Below, in pieces: positions 1 through 11,649 of a stretch of DNA of 64,000 bases. The position numbers were made by a program, and so were the translations under genes. The notes beneath the pieces are model-generated. The model made no database searches and was not told the DNA's origin. It saw only the letters and a program-made list of their open reading frames with translations. Within the stretch, counting starts at the first letter, position 1; each line of letters opens with the position of its first letter. The stretch spans positions 31,868,001 to 31,932,000 of the forward strand of contig OX597831.1 in the NCBI GenBank assembly GCA_951406725.2, in the 5' to 3' direction. The DNA comes from Octopus vulgaris. Taxonomy: Eukaryota.

Positions 1-135
1 TGAGGCCTAATATTTGAAGGTCGTGTTTCACCACCTCATCCCAGGTATTTCTGGGTCTACCTCTTCCACAGGTTCTCTCAACTGCTAGGGTGAGACACTT
101 TTTTACACAGCTATCCTCATCCATTCTCACCACAT
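1..135 (-). mobile_element. RTE LINE 3' ORF fragment (decayed)
   Basis: Reverse complement matches the end of the RTE ORF at ~7200-7330 (GRGRPRxTWDEVVKHDL motif). Confidence 0.75.
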
Positions 136-720
136 GCTACTGTTGGACATTACACATTTCCTATGTCCTTATATTTCTATTTTCAAAAATCAGTGAATGC
201 ATTTCACTTGAAATATATGTTTACAAAGACAGATAGGCATCAACAGCTAGCAAGCCATGCTACTCCAGACTGATGATGAGCAATGACTCTGAAACTCGAC
301 TCTGAAGGCTGGCTTTGCCAGGTGGAGGTGCTTAGCTTCACTTTGAAAACATAAGGTCACAGGAAATGTGTCAAGTCCAACAGGAAATGGTGTTTCCTAG
401 GGCTAAATAACAGTAGCATTCTTCCCTTTCATGGGACTGTCACATTAATTTGACAACATGCTATCACTTCAAACTGAAAGAAGCCTGTCATGTGTGTGTG
501 TGTGTGTGTGTGTGTTATAAAATGTGATAATTGTAAATGATTGTCACTGTCATACAAGCAGTGTCATTCATTTTCAATATTCTGCAAGAACATCTCTGGC
601 CATGGAGAAATATTTCCCTACTTGGAAATGGGCTGGTGACAAGAAGGGCATCCAGCAAGAGAAAATCTGCCTCAAACTCCCTTCAACCCATGCAAACATA
701 GGAAAGTGGACATTAAAACG

Positions 721-788
<68 letters not shown>

Positions 789-2179
789 TGCATGCACACA
801 CACAAACACACACACCACCTGAGTGTGTGTGAAGACACTGAAAGTTCAACTCCTTAAACTTGTCATAAGTTGTTTTATTGTTTAACCCTTTCTGCATTTA
901 GATTATACTGTCAAGTGTAATCCTTATTTATTCACATTGCTCTGAATCATTAAAATATCAAAGCTATGAAATAATAGAGGATTACCTCTATTATTTCATA
1001 GCTTTGAGATTTTAATGATGAGATTGTTTATTTTTAGAATGACATTGTAAGGTGGGTGTGAGAGACAAGATCTGGCCAGTTTGAACATTAAAGAGATACG
1101 GCTGATTTAAATTGCTTCCTTTAAATCCTTTTAAATAGATGTAAACACACATGAGGATGGTGTAAAGCATTGAGGAGTGTATATGGCAATGAAGTAATAC
1201 CATTGCTAGAGTATTTAGCTGCATTCCTTTATGTTTTAGGTTAAAAGTTCATTAGATCAGGATTGTTTTTTTAAATTTTATCTCTATGTCAATAAAATAC
1301 CAGTAATATATTGGGTGCACATCTTCTTTCTAAGTATCTGTGTTGATACAATTAACATAGAGATCCTATATATTTAATTTGTTAAACTACATTCTGTTAA
1401 GAAGGCCAGCTGTAGTTCACCAAACAAGTCTATGTGCTGAAACTCGATCTGCTAGACACAGCTACCAAATCAAACCTCAAATTACTCCCTGCTTTCTTGA
1501 AAACATAGAAAGACATGGGATAATGTATTCTTAGATAGGAAATACTCTAGAGAAGACAAGAATGCCTTCAATCGAAGATGTATTCTGTCACAGCCAACCT
1601 GGGGTTAAACAGTAATAACAGGCACCTCAACCAATTTCCCATAAAACAAGAAAACTGAAAACTGGAGTTGACAAACAACCCCTTCCTTTCCTGGCCATCA
1701 CTTCCAGCATAGTGTGACATTGGAGGCGGAAATATATTCACATGAATGGTGATGATGATGATGATGATAGTGGTTGTAGTGATGGAGTTGATGATGTCAA
1801 TAATAACAAAAACAATAACAACAGTTATAATAATATTAGGTGCATGGCGTATTAAAGTGTTTAGCTGCTGTAAAGCCAGACATCTGATAAAATTTTCTCA
1901 TATTGGGTTTCTGGAATTTAGATCGGAAGAAGATTACACACACACACACAGAGGGAGGGAGAGAAGAAGAAAGAGAGAGGGGGAAGGAGGGAGCTAGGGT
2001 AAGAGAGAAAGAGAAAGTCCTGTCTTTTAGGAAGTGACTATGAGCGAATGGGTATATTATGTATATTTTCTGTCACCAAAAACTTATCTTATTTTCATGG
2101 TGACTGACAGATTATTGGTTAAAATTGATAGACTCTTTTATTTTGTTGCTGCTGCTTTATTTTTTCCAGTCAGATAATT

Positions 2180-2228
<49 letters not shown>

Positions 2229-2962
2229 ATACACAAATAAAATCTCCATTTAATAACCTTCAAGTTATTCAGAAGTATTTGAATATAAAACTACTTGTGT
2301 CGTATGAGGTATCGTATTTCAAACAGTTTGGTTAAAACCTGCAGACAGTAGGAGGTTTTTTTTTTTTTACCATTAAATGAATGAATGAAAATCAGATGGC
2401 AAGCGGAGGTGGTGGTGGAATGTTGTATGTTTAGTGTATGAGGGTTTTTTTTTTAATTCTTAAATTAATTACAAGTCCAGATATGGGGAAAATTAAGCAT
2501 GTCATTGTGATTAAATTTCTGAAAAAGTCTGAACAATTCCTCACATGAAATTTTAAAATTATATGAAAACTGTTTTAGACTCTGTTCTCAGTTTCTCATA
2601 ACATCATCATCATCATCATCATCATCACCACCACCACCATCATTGTTTCAACATCTACGTTTCCATGTTTGCATCAGTCAGATGAGATTACATAGGGATA
2701 GAGTTTGCCATGGTAAGAAGCCTTTCTTGGTGCCAACCCCTGTCTGTTTCCAGATGGGATAATAATCTCCCAGTTCTACTGAAAAACAAACAGCTTGGAC
2801 AAGTTCTTCTGGTGGACGGCAGGTAAATGATGCCATCAGCAAGGTCACTGTTTACAACCTGCACATAAACGTGAAGAAAATACAATCACACACACACACA
2901 CACATTGGCTCTAACAACTGCAAATCCAAATATATAGGAATGTAAGTGCATGTGTATCCATA

Positions 2963-3290
2963 TAACTGGCATTCCATCGGTCATGACAAGGGTTCCAGTT
3001 GATCCAATCAATGGAACAACTTGCTCATGAAATTAATGTGCAAGTGGCTGAGCACTCCACGGACACGTGTACCCTTAACGTAGTTCTTCAGAGAGATTCA
3101 GTGTGACACAAGATGTGACAAGGCTGGCCCTCGTGAATTACAGATACAACTCATTTTTGCCAGCTGAGTGAACTGGGGCAGCATGAAATAAAGTGTCTTG
3201 CTCAAGGACACAATATGTTGGCAGGAATTGAACTCATGTCCTTACCCTTGGGAGCCGAATGCTCTTAACCATCAAGTCATGTATTTTCAC
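2963..3290 (-). mobile_element. tRNA-derived SINE (same family as 50120-50500)
   Basis: Shares the body (gtgtacccttaacgtagttc, gctgagcactccac) and a B-box-like head with copies at 17441 and 50120. Confidence 0.75.
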
Positions 3291-3674
3291 TGTGAATACA
3301 TAGAAAGAGAGAGACACACTAAGTGAGAGAGTGTGTGTGTGTACGTGTGTATCTGTTATCTTTTACTTGTTTTGGTCATTAGACTGTGGCCATGCTGGGG
3401 CACCACCTTGAAGTCAATTCATTTGAGTCAAATGAATTGACTCCAGGACTTATTTTTGAAAGTCTGGTACTTATTCTATCGGTCTTTTTGCCAAACTGCT
3501 AAGTCACAGAGATGTAAACACACCAATACCAGTTGTCAAGCAGTGATGGGGAACAAAGACAGACACAGACACACATATTAAATATTTCTATCTATCTATC
3601 TATCTATCTATATATATATATATATATATATATATCTTCCCATCTTTCCGCCATTGGCGGTGCGACCGCCCCCC

Positions 3675-3860
3675 CACCCCCACCACCAATACCGATGAAC
3701 ACTGTTCTCACCCCCACCACCAATACCGGTGAACACTGTTCTCACCGCCACCACCACCAATACCGGTGAACACTGTTCTCACCCCCCACCACCAATACCA
3801 GTATACCCTGTTCTCACCATCTACACCGGATACGCCTTACTCATCTACACCGGGTACGCC
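3675..3860 (+). repeat. Tandem ~33-bp repeats in the RTE 5' UTR
   Basis: About four copies of ccaccaccaataccggtgaacactgttctcacc, then two copies of tcatctacaccgg(a/g)tacgcc(t/c)tac. Confidence 0.85.
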
Positions 3861-4394
3861 CTACTCCCTCCTCCTCCCCCCACTACCCCTTCTCCTCATA
3901 TGCTTTCACTGTGAAAAGACAAGCTGCTAGCGCCATAGCTCATCAACTGCCCACCGATCTTACGCTTCCTCCTGACACTGCCTCATTCCGACCATCCCCT
4001 TTTAGTACCCTCCCGCCTCGTAATATCCTACGTTTTTATTTCTTAGGAACCTACACCAACCCTTCCTGCCATCGTTCCTCCTTACTCCAACCTTCCCCAC
4101 TGGTTGCTCCCCTATATTACCCGCCTGAACTGGACCCCCCCTCCCCAACTCAACTCTAGAATATCTGTATTTCTTTCCTCTACCTAATTACGTTACTCAG
4201 TGATGATAACGAATGTCCACTGCTAACACCAGCTCCTGCCCACGGCGTGGTCAGGTTGGAAGAGAGATCAAAAGAAAAATACCACGAAAACTATCACCAC
4301 CACTACAACCCTCCTCTTCTCAGGCGCCGAATCCCCCTGTCCCCCCCACATCTCCTTCCCAGTTTTCAGAGTTGGCACTATCAATGTTGGTACA

Positions 4395-7300
4395 TTGACA
4401 GGCAAGTCTAGTGAGATTGTAGAGATGCTAGAGAGAAGACAGGTTGATGTATGCTGCATACAAGAGGTAAGATGGAGAGATGCTTCGGCTAGGGTCCTCA
4501 CGGGCAAGGCACTTAGATACAAACTCTACTGGCAAGGTAACGCGGAAGGTGTAGGGGGTGTAGGCATTCTCCTTGCGGAGGAATGGGTGGATAAGGTCAT
4601 AGAGGTTGTCAGGGTTTGTGATAGAGTGCTTAAGCTCAGGTTGGTCCTACAGAGTGGCACAGCTATGATTATCTCAGCCTATGCCCCACAAGCGGGACTA
4701 CCAAATGATCAGAAGGACAACTTTTATGATACCCTTCTGCAGGCTACTTCAAAGACTAGTAACAAGGACCTCATCTTTGTAGGTGGAGATTTTAATGGGC
4801 ATGTTGGGCGGGAATCGGGTATCTTCACTGGGGTACATGGTGGCTATGGTATTGGCACCAGAAATGATGAGGGAACTAGACTGCTGGAATTCTGTGATGC
4901 ATGTAACCTTTCAATCTGCAACACTAACTTCAAGAAGCCAGTCTGCCACCTTATAACTTATCAGTCAGGAGACTCCGCTAGCCAAATAGACTTCATCCTC
5001 ACCAGACAACGGGATGCAGGGTTGCTCTTGAATACAAAGACCCTCCCGGGTGAAGAATGTATCCCTCAGCATAGACTAATCATCAGTGACTTTAAGCTTG
5101 AGGCCAGAAGGACTCCAAGAAACAAACCAATCCAGAAAAGAAGGATTTGGAGGCTAAAGAACCCTTCGCATGGTCAGAAATTTAGGGACATACTCATCAA
5201 GAAATTTGATGAGAGGGAAGAGGAGCTTCAGACGTCAGACATAGAAGGTAGCTGGGAATTCCTACGGGACAGCTTGTTGAGTGCCACAGACCAAGTTTGT
5301 GGATGGTGCAAAGTCCCTTCCAGACCTAGAATTACGTGGTGGTGGAATAGTGCAGTAGATAAAGCCATCTGTGAAAAGAGACGGGCCTGGAAAGCCTGGA
5401 AGGATGGGGGCAGCAGGGAACTGTACCAGATAGCCAAAAGGGAGGCTGGGCGGCAGGTATACATTGCCAAAGATGTAGCAGAAAAGAAGAAGTTTGCCAA
5501 TGTCCAGCGTCGCGAGGATCAAAGAGCTGAAGTATTTCGGATTGCCAGACAGTGTGTCAGAGAAAATAGCGATGTTATAGGAGAGAAATGTGTCCGCATG
5601 GATGATGGGGCACTTGCTTTTACTACTAGTGAAAAGAAAGAGGCTTGGAGAAGCCATTATGAAAGACTGCTGAATGAGGAGAATGAATGGGAGGAGGAGA
5701 GCCTGCCAAATGTTGACCCAGTAGAGGGACCAGCTACCCGAATAGACAGCTCCCTTGTAGATAAGGCAATTAAGGATATGAAACCAGGCAAAGCCCCTGG
5801 CCTATCAGGAATCACTGCTGAGATGCTTAAAACAGCTGGCTATGTGGGCCATGCCATAGTCACCCGCATTGTAAACCAGGTAGTTCACAATGGAGCCATA
5901 CCCAATGACTGGTGCAGCAGTACCATAGTCAACTGCTACAAGGGTAAGGGTGATGCTCTAGATAGAAATAACTACAGAGGTATCAAACTGTTGGACCAGG
6001 TGATGAAGGTCTCAGAGAAGGTCATAACCAATCTCATTAGGGAGAGAATTTGTTTAGATGAAATGCAGTTCGGTTTTGTACCAGGTAGAAGCACCACTGA
6101 TGCTATATTCCTGGTCCGACAACTGCAGGAGAAGTACCTAGCTAAAGATAAACCCCTCTACATAGCTTTTGTAGACTTGGAGAAAGCCTTTGACAGGGTT
6201 CCCCGTTCCCTTATCTGGTGGTCGATGCGGAAACTGGAGATTGAAGAATGGCTAATAAGGGCTGTACAGGCTCTATACAGAGAGGCTGTCAGCAAGGTTA
6301 GGATTGGCAACGAATATAGTGAAGAATTCCGAGTAGACGTAGGTGTGCACCAGGGCTCAGCCCTCAGTCCCCTTTTATTCATCATAGTCCTTCAGGCAAT
6401 AACAGAGGAATTCAAAACGGGATGCCCCTGGGAGCTCCTCTATGCCGATGACCTAGCTCTCATAGCAGAATCACTACCGGAACTAGAAGAGAAATTTCGG
6501 GTGTGGAAGCAAGGGTTGGAATCAAAGGGCCTTAGAATAAATGTAGCAAAGACCAAAGTATTAGTAAGCAGCAAGAGGTACTCAGCACACATCCCCTCGG
6601 GTAGGTGGCCCTGCTCAACCTGTAGGAAAGGTACAGGTAGAAACTCCATAAGATGCACCCAATGTAAGTTATGGACACATAAGAGGTGCAGCAACATTAA
6701 AGGGAAATTAACAGATAAGATAGCTTTCATGTGCGGCAGATGCACAGGGACAATAGACACAACAGACACTCAGAAAACAGATTCCATCACACTCCAGGGA
6801 GAGAAACTAGAAGTAGTTGATAGTTTCCGCTACCTGGGAGACCAAGTTAGTAGCGGAGGTGGATGCACAGAGAGTATCACCACTAGAATACGAATAGCCT
6901 GGGCAAAGTTCAGAAAGCTCCTACCCCTACTGGCAACAAAAGGTCTCTCCCTCAGAGCAAAAGGTAGATTGTATGATGCATGTGTGCGAACTGCCATGCT
7001 TCACGGTAATGAAACATGGGCTGTGACTGCAGAAGACATGCGTAGACTTGAAAGAAATGAAGCTAGCATGATCCGCTGGATGTGTAGTGTCAGTGTGCAT
7101 GCAAAACAGAGTGTAAGTATCCTGAGAGAAATGCTGGATATAAGAAGCATCAGATGTGGTGTGCAAGAGCGACGCTTGCGATGGTATGGTCATGTGCTGC
7201 GGATGGATGAAGAGAGATGTGTGAAGAAGTGCCACTCCCAAACAGTTGAAGGTATCAGGGGGAGAGGTAGACCCAGGAAGACATGGGATGAGGTGGTCAA

Positions 7301-7514
7301 GCATGACCTCAGAGCATTGGGCCTCACTGAGGCAATGGCGAAGGACCGAGATCTCTGGAGATATGCTGTGACTACAAAGACCCGGGCTGCTTTCTGCAGC
7401 AATTCCACATACCCCCTACCCATTCTAAGTACCCCGGATCCCCAAAGTACCCTGGATCCCCAAAGTACCCCGATCCCCAAAGTACCCCGGACCTCGTTGC
7501 CCCCGTGCCGCTGA
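4395..7514 (+). CDS. RTE ORF: APE endonuclease + reverse transcriptase with inserted PHD-type zinc finger
   Basis: APE motifs (IQEVRW, SAYAPQ, GDFNGHVG, IDFIL, QH) and RT motifs (NYRGIKLL, FVDLEKAFDRV, GVHQGSALSP, YADD at 6441-6452, FRYLG). Uninterrupted 1039 aa. The frame is open from 4227, so the true start is uncertain. Confidence 0.96.
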   Translation: MTGKSSEIVEMLERRQVDVCCIQEVRWRDASARVLTGKALRYKLYWQGNAEGVGGVGILLAEEWVDKVIEVVRVCDRVLKLRLVLQSGTAMIISAYAPQAGLPNDQKDNFYDTLLQATSKTSNKDLIFVGGDFNGHVGRESGIFTGVHGGYGIGTRNDEGTRLLEFCDACNLSICNTNFKKPVCHLITYQSGDSASQIDFILTRQRDAGLLLNTKTLPGEECIPQHRLIISDFKLEARRTPRNKPIQKRRIWRLKNPSHGQKFRDILIKKFDEREEELQTSDIEGSWEFLRDSLLSATDQVCGWCKVPSRPRITWWWNSAVDKAICEKRRAWKAWKDGGSRELYQIAKREAGRQVYIAKDVAEKKKFANVQRREDQRAEVFRIARQCVRENSDVIGEKCVRMDDGALAFTTSEKKEAWRSHYERLLNEENEWEEESLPNVDPVEGPATRIDSSLVDKAIKDMKPGKAPGLSGITAEMLKTAGYVGHAIVTRIVNQVVHNGAIPNDWCSSTIVNCYKGKGDALDRNNYRGIKLLDQVMKVSEKVITNLIRERICLDEMQFGFVPGRSTTDAIFLVRQLQEKYLAKDKPLYIAFVDLEKAFDRVPRSLIWWSMRKLEIEEWLIRAVQALYREAVSKVRIGNEYSEEFRVDVGVHQGSALSPLLFIIVLQAITEEFKTGCPWELLYADDLALIAESLPELEEKFRVWKQGLESKGLRINVAKTKVLVSSKRYSAHIPSGRWPCSTCRKGTGRNSIRCTQCKLWTHKRCSNIKGKLTDKIAFMCGRCTGTIDTTDTQKTDSITLQGEKLEVVDSFRYLGDQVSSGGGCTESITTRIRIAWAKFRKLLPLLATKGLSLRAKGRLYDACVRTAMLHGNETWAVTAEDMRRLERNEASMIRWMCSVSVHAKQSVSILREMLDIRSIRCGVQERRLRWYGHVLRMDEERCVKKCHSQTVEGIRGRGRPRKTWDEVVKHDLRALGLTEAMAKDRDLWRYAVTTKTRAAFCSNSTYPLPILSTPDPQSTLDPQSTPIPKVPRTSLPPCR

Positions 7515-7769
7515 CACGTTAAAATGCTCGAACCGATCGTGACGATGCCGGACCCTCCGGCCCCTGTGCAGGTGGCACGTAAAAAGCACCCAATCCACTC
7601 ACGTAGTGGTTGGCGTTAGGAAGGGCATCCAGCCGTAGAAACTCTGCCAGATTCAGACTGGAGCCTGGAGCGGCCCCTGGCTTCCCAGACCCGGTCAAAC
7701 CGTCCAACCCGTGCTAGCGCGGAAAGCGGACGTTAAACGATGATGATGATGATGATGATGATGATAAAG

Positions 7770-7989
7770 AAGATAAGAAAAGAGAGAGATAATTAATAAT
7801 TATTTATTCATTAAAAAATTAGACATTATCTCTGACAGCTGTTTCGATTTAAGACCTTTAGAAATTAATTACCATAATTAAAACCATTTAAAAGTTGAAT
7901 CTCATCAGAGTTGGCTAAAGATATACAATTAGGTGTTCATATTCCTGCTTGCTGAGTAATTATTAATTATCTCTCTATTTTCTTGTCTT
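7770..7989. mobile_element. Small element with 33-bp inverted ends and a hammerhead-like motif (Penelope-like remnant)
   Basis: 7770-7802 and 7957-7989 are inverted at 31/33 positions. The minus strand reads CTGATGA..stem..GAAACAGCTGTC. Confidence 0.6.
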
Positions 7990-9396
7990 TTTAAAATATA
8001 TACAAACCATGGTTTATCTAGTTACCTTACAGGTGAATATTAATTGTAATATTCAACATATTTAAATAGGTAACTAACCAGTATTTTCATTGGATTTTAT
8101 TATCCTTTATTCAGGTTTGTAACCTTTATTTGAACATTTTCTATAGTCTCAGGACAACCCATACTTTGTTAGTAAAATCGGTTGGACAGAAACTGTACAG
8201 AAGCCTATTAGATGAATTGTACCAGTATTTCAAAAGCAGCAACCTTATCATATACACTGTGTCACATTGGTACATTAAGGGAATACATGTCAGTGGAATA
8301 CTCAGCCAGTTACATATTGATCTGATTGAACAACTGAATCTTCACTGTCATCAAACAATGGAGATCCACCACCACATGTATGTCAATGTCAGTGTTTATC
8401 TTCAGTCATGTAAAAACTGGTGCTGTGTTAAATAGTGTAACTTAGCAATCCAAGTAAAATAGAGATTGATAAAGTGAGTACTAGGCTTTAGTAAGCACAG
8501 TGGTTAATATGATCAATTAAAATAGAAACCCTTAAAAGTGGTGCTCCAGCATGGCCACTGTCAAATTACATAAACCAATACAAGTATAAAAGATACACAC
8601 TCAGTCCCATGAAAGAAAAAGTAAAGAATGAATGAACGAATGAATGAAATGATAATGATAATGAATGAATGAACGAAATATTTAAAAGCACAATTTGAAA
8701 TCTTATTTTGTGTTTTGTGATTTTTAAGAAATCAGTCAAAAAACAAGAATATTGCCATGTGACGAGTGAAATAGCTCAGCATTTCATTAGGATGAAACCA
8801 CAGGTTTCAAATATCACTCTGGGCATCATGTGCTAAACCATTGGATTAATTATATGGAAATGGTACAGGTTACTTTGGGGAATTATTTTTTGGACAGACT
8901 AAAATCTTTTGCTAAAGAATGCCGAGGCCAAGAATTCAATCTGTGTATGAGTCACCTAGACTCTAAAAGAGAGGGGGAAAAAATCTTTTTATTTCTCTTT
9001 CATTAATCTAATAGGTAGTGGTGGGATATGGTGGAAGTGGTGAATGTCATGGTTGTAATGGTGGTGGTGGTGGTGGTGGTAGTGGTGTGCATGGTGGATG
9101 GCTTAAAGATAATTGTTTGAGTCTAGAGTGTTAAAGATTAGTTCCATAATAAAGAAAAATGTCTTGACCTAGATGCACATCCAAACAAGAAAGGGGAAGA
9201 AACAAATGTTCCAAGACAACTTTTCTCTTTTACTTGTTTGAGTCTAGGCAAACAAATTGACTCTAGGATTTATTATTGTTTGAAGTCTAACACTTGTTCT
9301 ATTGGTTTCTTTTGCTGAACCGCTAAGTTACAAGGATGTAAACACACCATCATTGATTGTCAATCAGTGGTGGGTGACAAACACATACACACAGAG

Positions 9397-9430
<34 letters not shown>

Positions 9431-9535
9431 TTTATAAAGCATATTACTCTGCTTTAAATAAATATATATATATATATATATATATATCATCATCATTTGT
9501 GTCTGTTTTCCATGCTAGCGGATGCTATACGATGA

Positions 9536-9588
<53 letters not shown>

Positions 9589-10524
9589 ATAGGTTTCTTT
9601 CTACTAAATCCACTCACAAGGCTTTGGTCAGTCTGAGGCTATAGTAGAAGACACTTGCTCAAGTTGCCATGCAGTGGGACTGAACCTGGGACCATGTGGT
9701 TGAGAAACAAACTTCTTAGCACACAACCACACCTGCACTTTTGAATAGATAAATACAACAGTGACCAGCAAAGTCGCTGTAGATTGTTAACTTCACCCCC
9801 TGAGAAGATGGTAGTGTGACCAGAATCTCAGTAAATGTTGTTGCCTAATTTTTTAATGTAGTCACAGAACTGAAAGATTCTTTAGATTGCCAAAATGAGC
9901 TGCTTCAGAATATGAACATTAGAAACAGTTCACAGATTTCTTAATTGTTTATGCAACCAAACAGATATTAATGAAATGCTGGATAATTCCTCTGTCTCTC
10001 AGACAATTACATGAATATACACATACCTATATATATACATACATGTACATGTGTATATGTCTGTCCATGTGTGCAAAAATACATAGTTGATTTGTATACT
10101 CACATGTATGTGCTCGCGTGCACGTGTGTGTGTGTGTGTGGTTTCAAAAAGAAGTTGAATTGCTAATCAGAACATCTTAAGTTTCCACCACATTAAACAT
10201 TGAGAGTTATTTGTGTGTCAATGAATGAATACCACTAATTTACTACATAAGCTTACTCACACAATTATTCCCCACCTCCATTCTCCACCCATTCAGTTTA
10301 ATCTTGGTGATTTCATTAAACAAAAATGTTCATTCTTCTATTGTATACAGTGTGCTTATTAAAATTAACCAGCATAAATTTTGGTTTTTCTTAATTTTAA
10401 AATAAAGAAAAGTTGGGTTAGGAAAAAACACTTTATGGTTCCTCGTGTTCCTAAAATTAAATCCTACTAACATCTCACTTTAACACTATTTCAAGGACGA
10501 GCCGATGAGACAGACCCTCTACGT

Positions 10525-11145
10525 CAGTGGTTCTCAACCAATTCTTTTACCTATTGGCCCTTTTGATTTCTATTTTACTTGAGTGGACCCACATTCAATG
10601 TTTTAAAAAATCCTATTATATTTTTTGAGGCAAAGTGGCTGAGTTCCTGTTGAGCATTGGGCCTCACAGAGGCAATGACCAAGACCTTTGGCATTATGTC
10701 ATGCTTGAGAAGAAGACCCATCAAGCTGAGCAAGTTCGCAGTTGTGACAGATACCGGTGTCACATAAATTGGTACCCATGTTGGTGGCATGTAAATGCAC
10801 CCCAGTGTCATGCAAATGGCACCCAGCCAGTGACACATAAAAGCACCCATTACACTCTTGGAGTGGTTGGTGTTAGGAAGAGCATCCAGCCGTAGAAAAC
10901 TATGCCAAATCAGACTGGAGTCTAGTGCAGCCTGCCAGTATGTCAGTCCAATGAAATTGTCCAATCCATGCCAGGATAGACAACGGGCATTAAATGATGA
11001 TGATGATGATGATGACATTGGGAATTGCATTAAAAAATTGTGAAAATATTTTGTGTATTGTAACCAGTTTATTGCAGATAAATTTTAACAACAAAATCTT
11101 ATGTGGACCCCTAAGGGCCAAATAGACCCCAGTTGAGAACCTCTG
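10525..11145. mobile_element. hAT-type MITE interrupted by an RTE 3' fragment (~10650-11015)
   Basis: TIRs cagtggttctcaac / gttgagaacctctg, with 8-bp TSD ctctacgt / ctctacat. Confidence 0.8.
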
Positions 11146-11610
11146 CTCTACATGATCTCTTGATTTTCTAGAACTAGCAGCCAAATTTCCCTCTGATCAC
11201 ATCCTGCTGTCTTAAAAAAGGGAAGATATGTTGGATAATTCAGTCCTAGGTTCGCTGAACAAAGGAAAAGACCGGATGATCAAAGCTGGAATGGCTTTGA
11301 TCGTCAGCCTGCAAAATCAGGGCTGACTTGGAACTAATCAACAACAATAACAACTGTCAAGTAGTGGGAGGAGGTTGGTTTTTTTTTTTATTTATTGCTT
11401 GTGGAAAAAGAAACATAAATAAGGAAGTAGATGTTTAATAATAAAGGGCTGTAAAGAATAAAAAGAGACTCCCTAAGATTATCATATATCAGTGTTTATG
11501 TATAAGTATAAATATTGTACTCTGGTGTATTGGTGGCTTATGCCACACCCCTCCCTGCTTCATTTCATGTCCACTTCCTATGTTAGGTTAATGTCATCTA
11601 CTTGTACACA

Positions 11611-11649
<39 letters not shown>

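Larger units (their letters stand above)
3636..7765 (+). mobile_element. Near full-length RTE-clade non-LTR retrotransposon
   Basis: C-rich 5' region starts right after a (TA)n tract, followed by one long ORF and a 3' UTR ending ggacgttaaac(GAT)n. The same tail recurs in many truncated copies. No TSD seen. Confidence 0.93.

Noticed and set aside
3675-3820. CRISPR-like regularly spaced repeats
   Set aside because: Head-to-tail tandem units without unique spacers, eukaryotic context, no cas genes.
5228-7480. Several minus-strand ORFs of 75-131 aa
   Set aside because: Antisense shadows of the long RTE ORF with no motifs.
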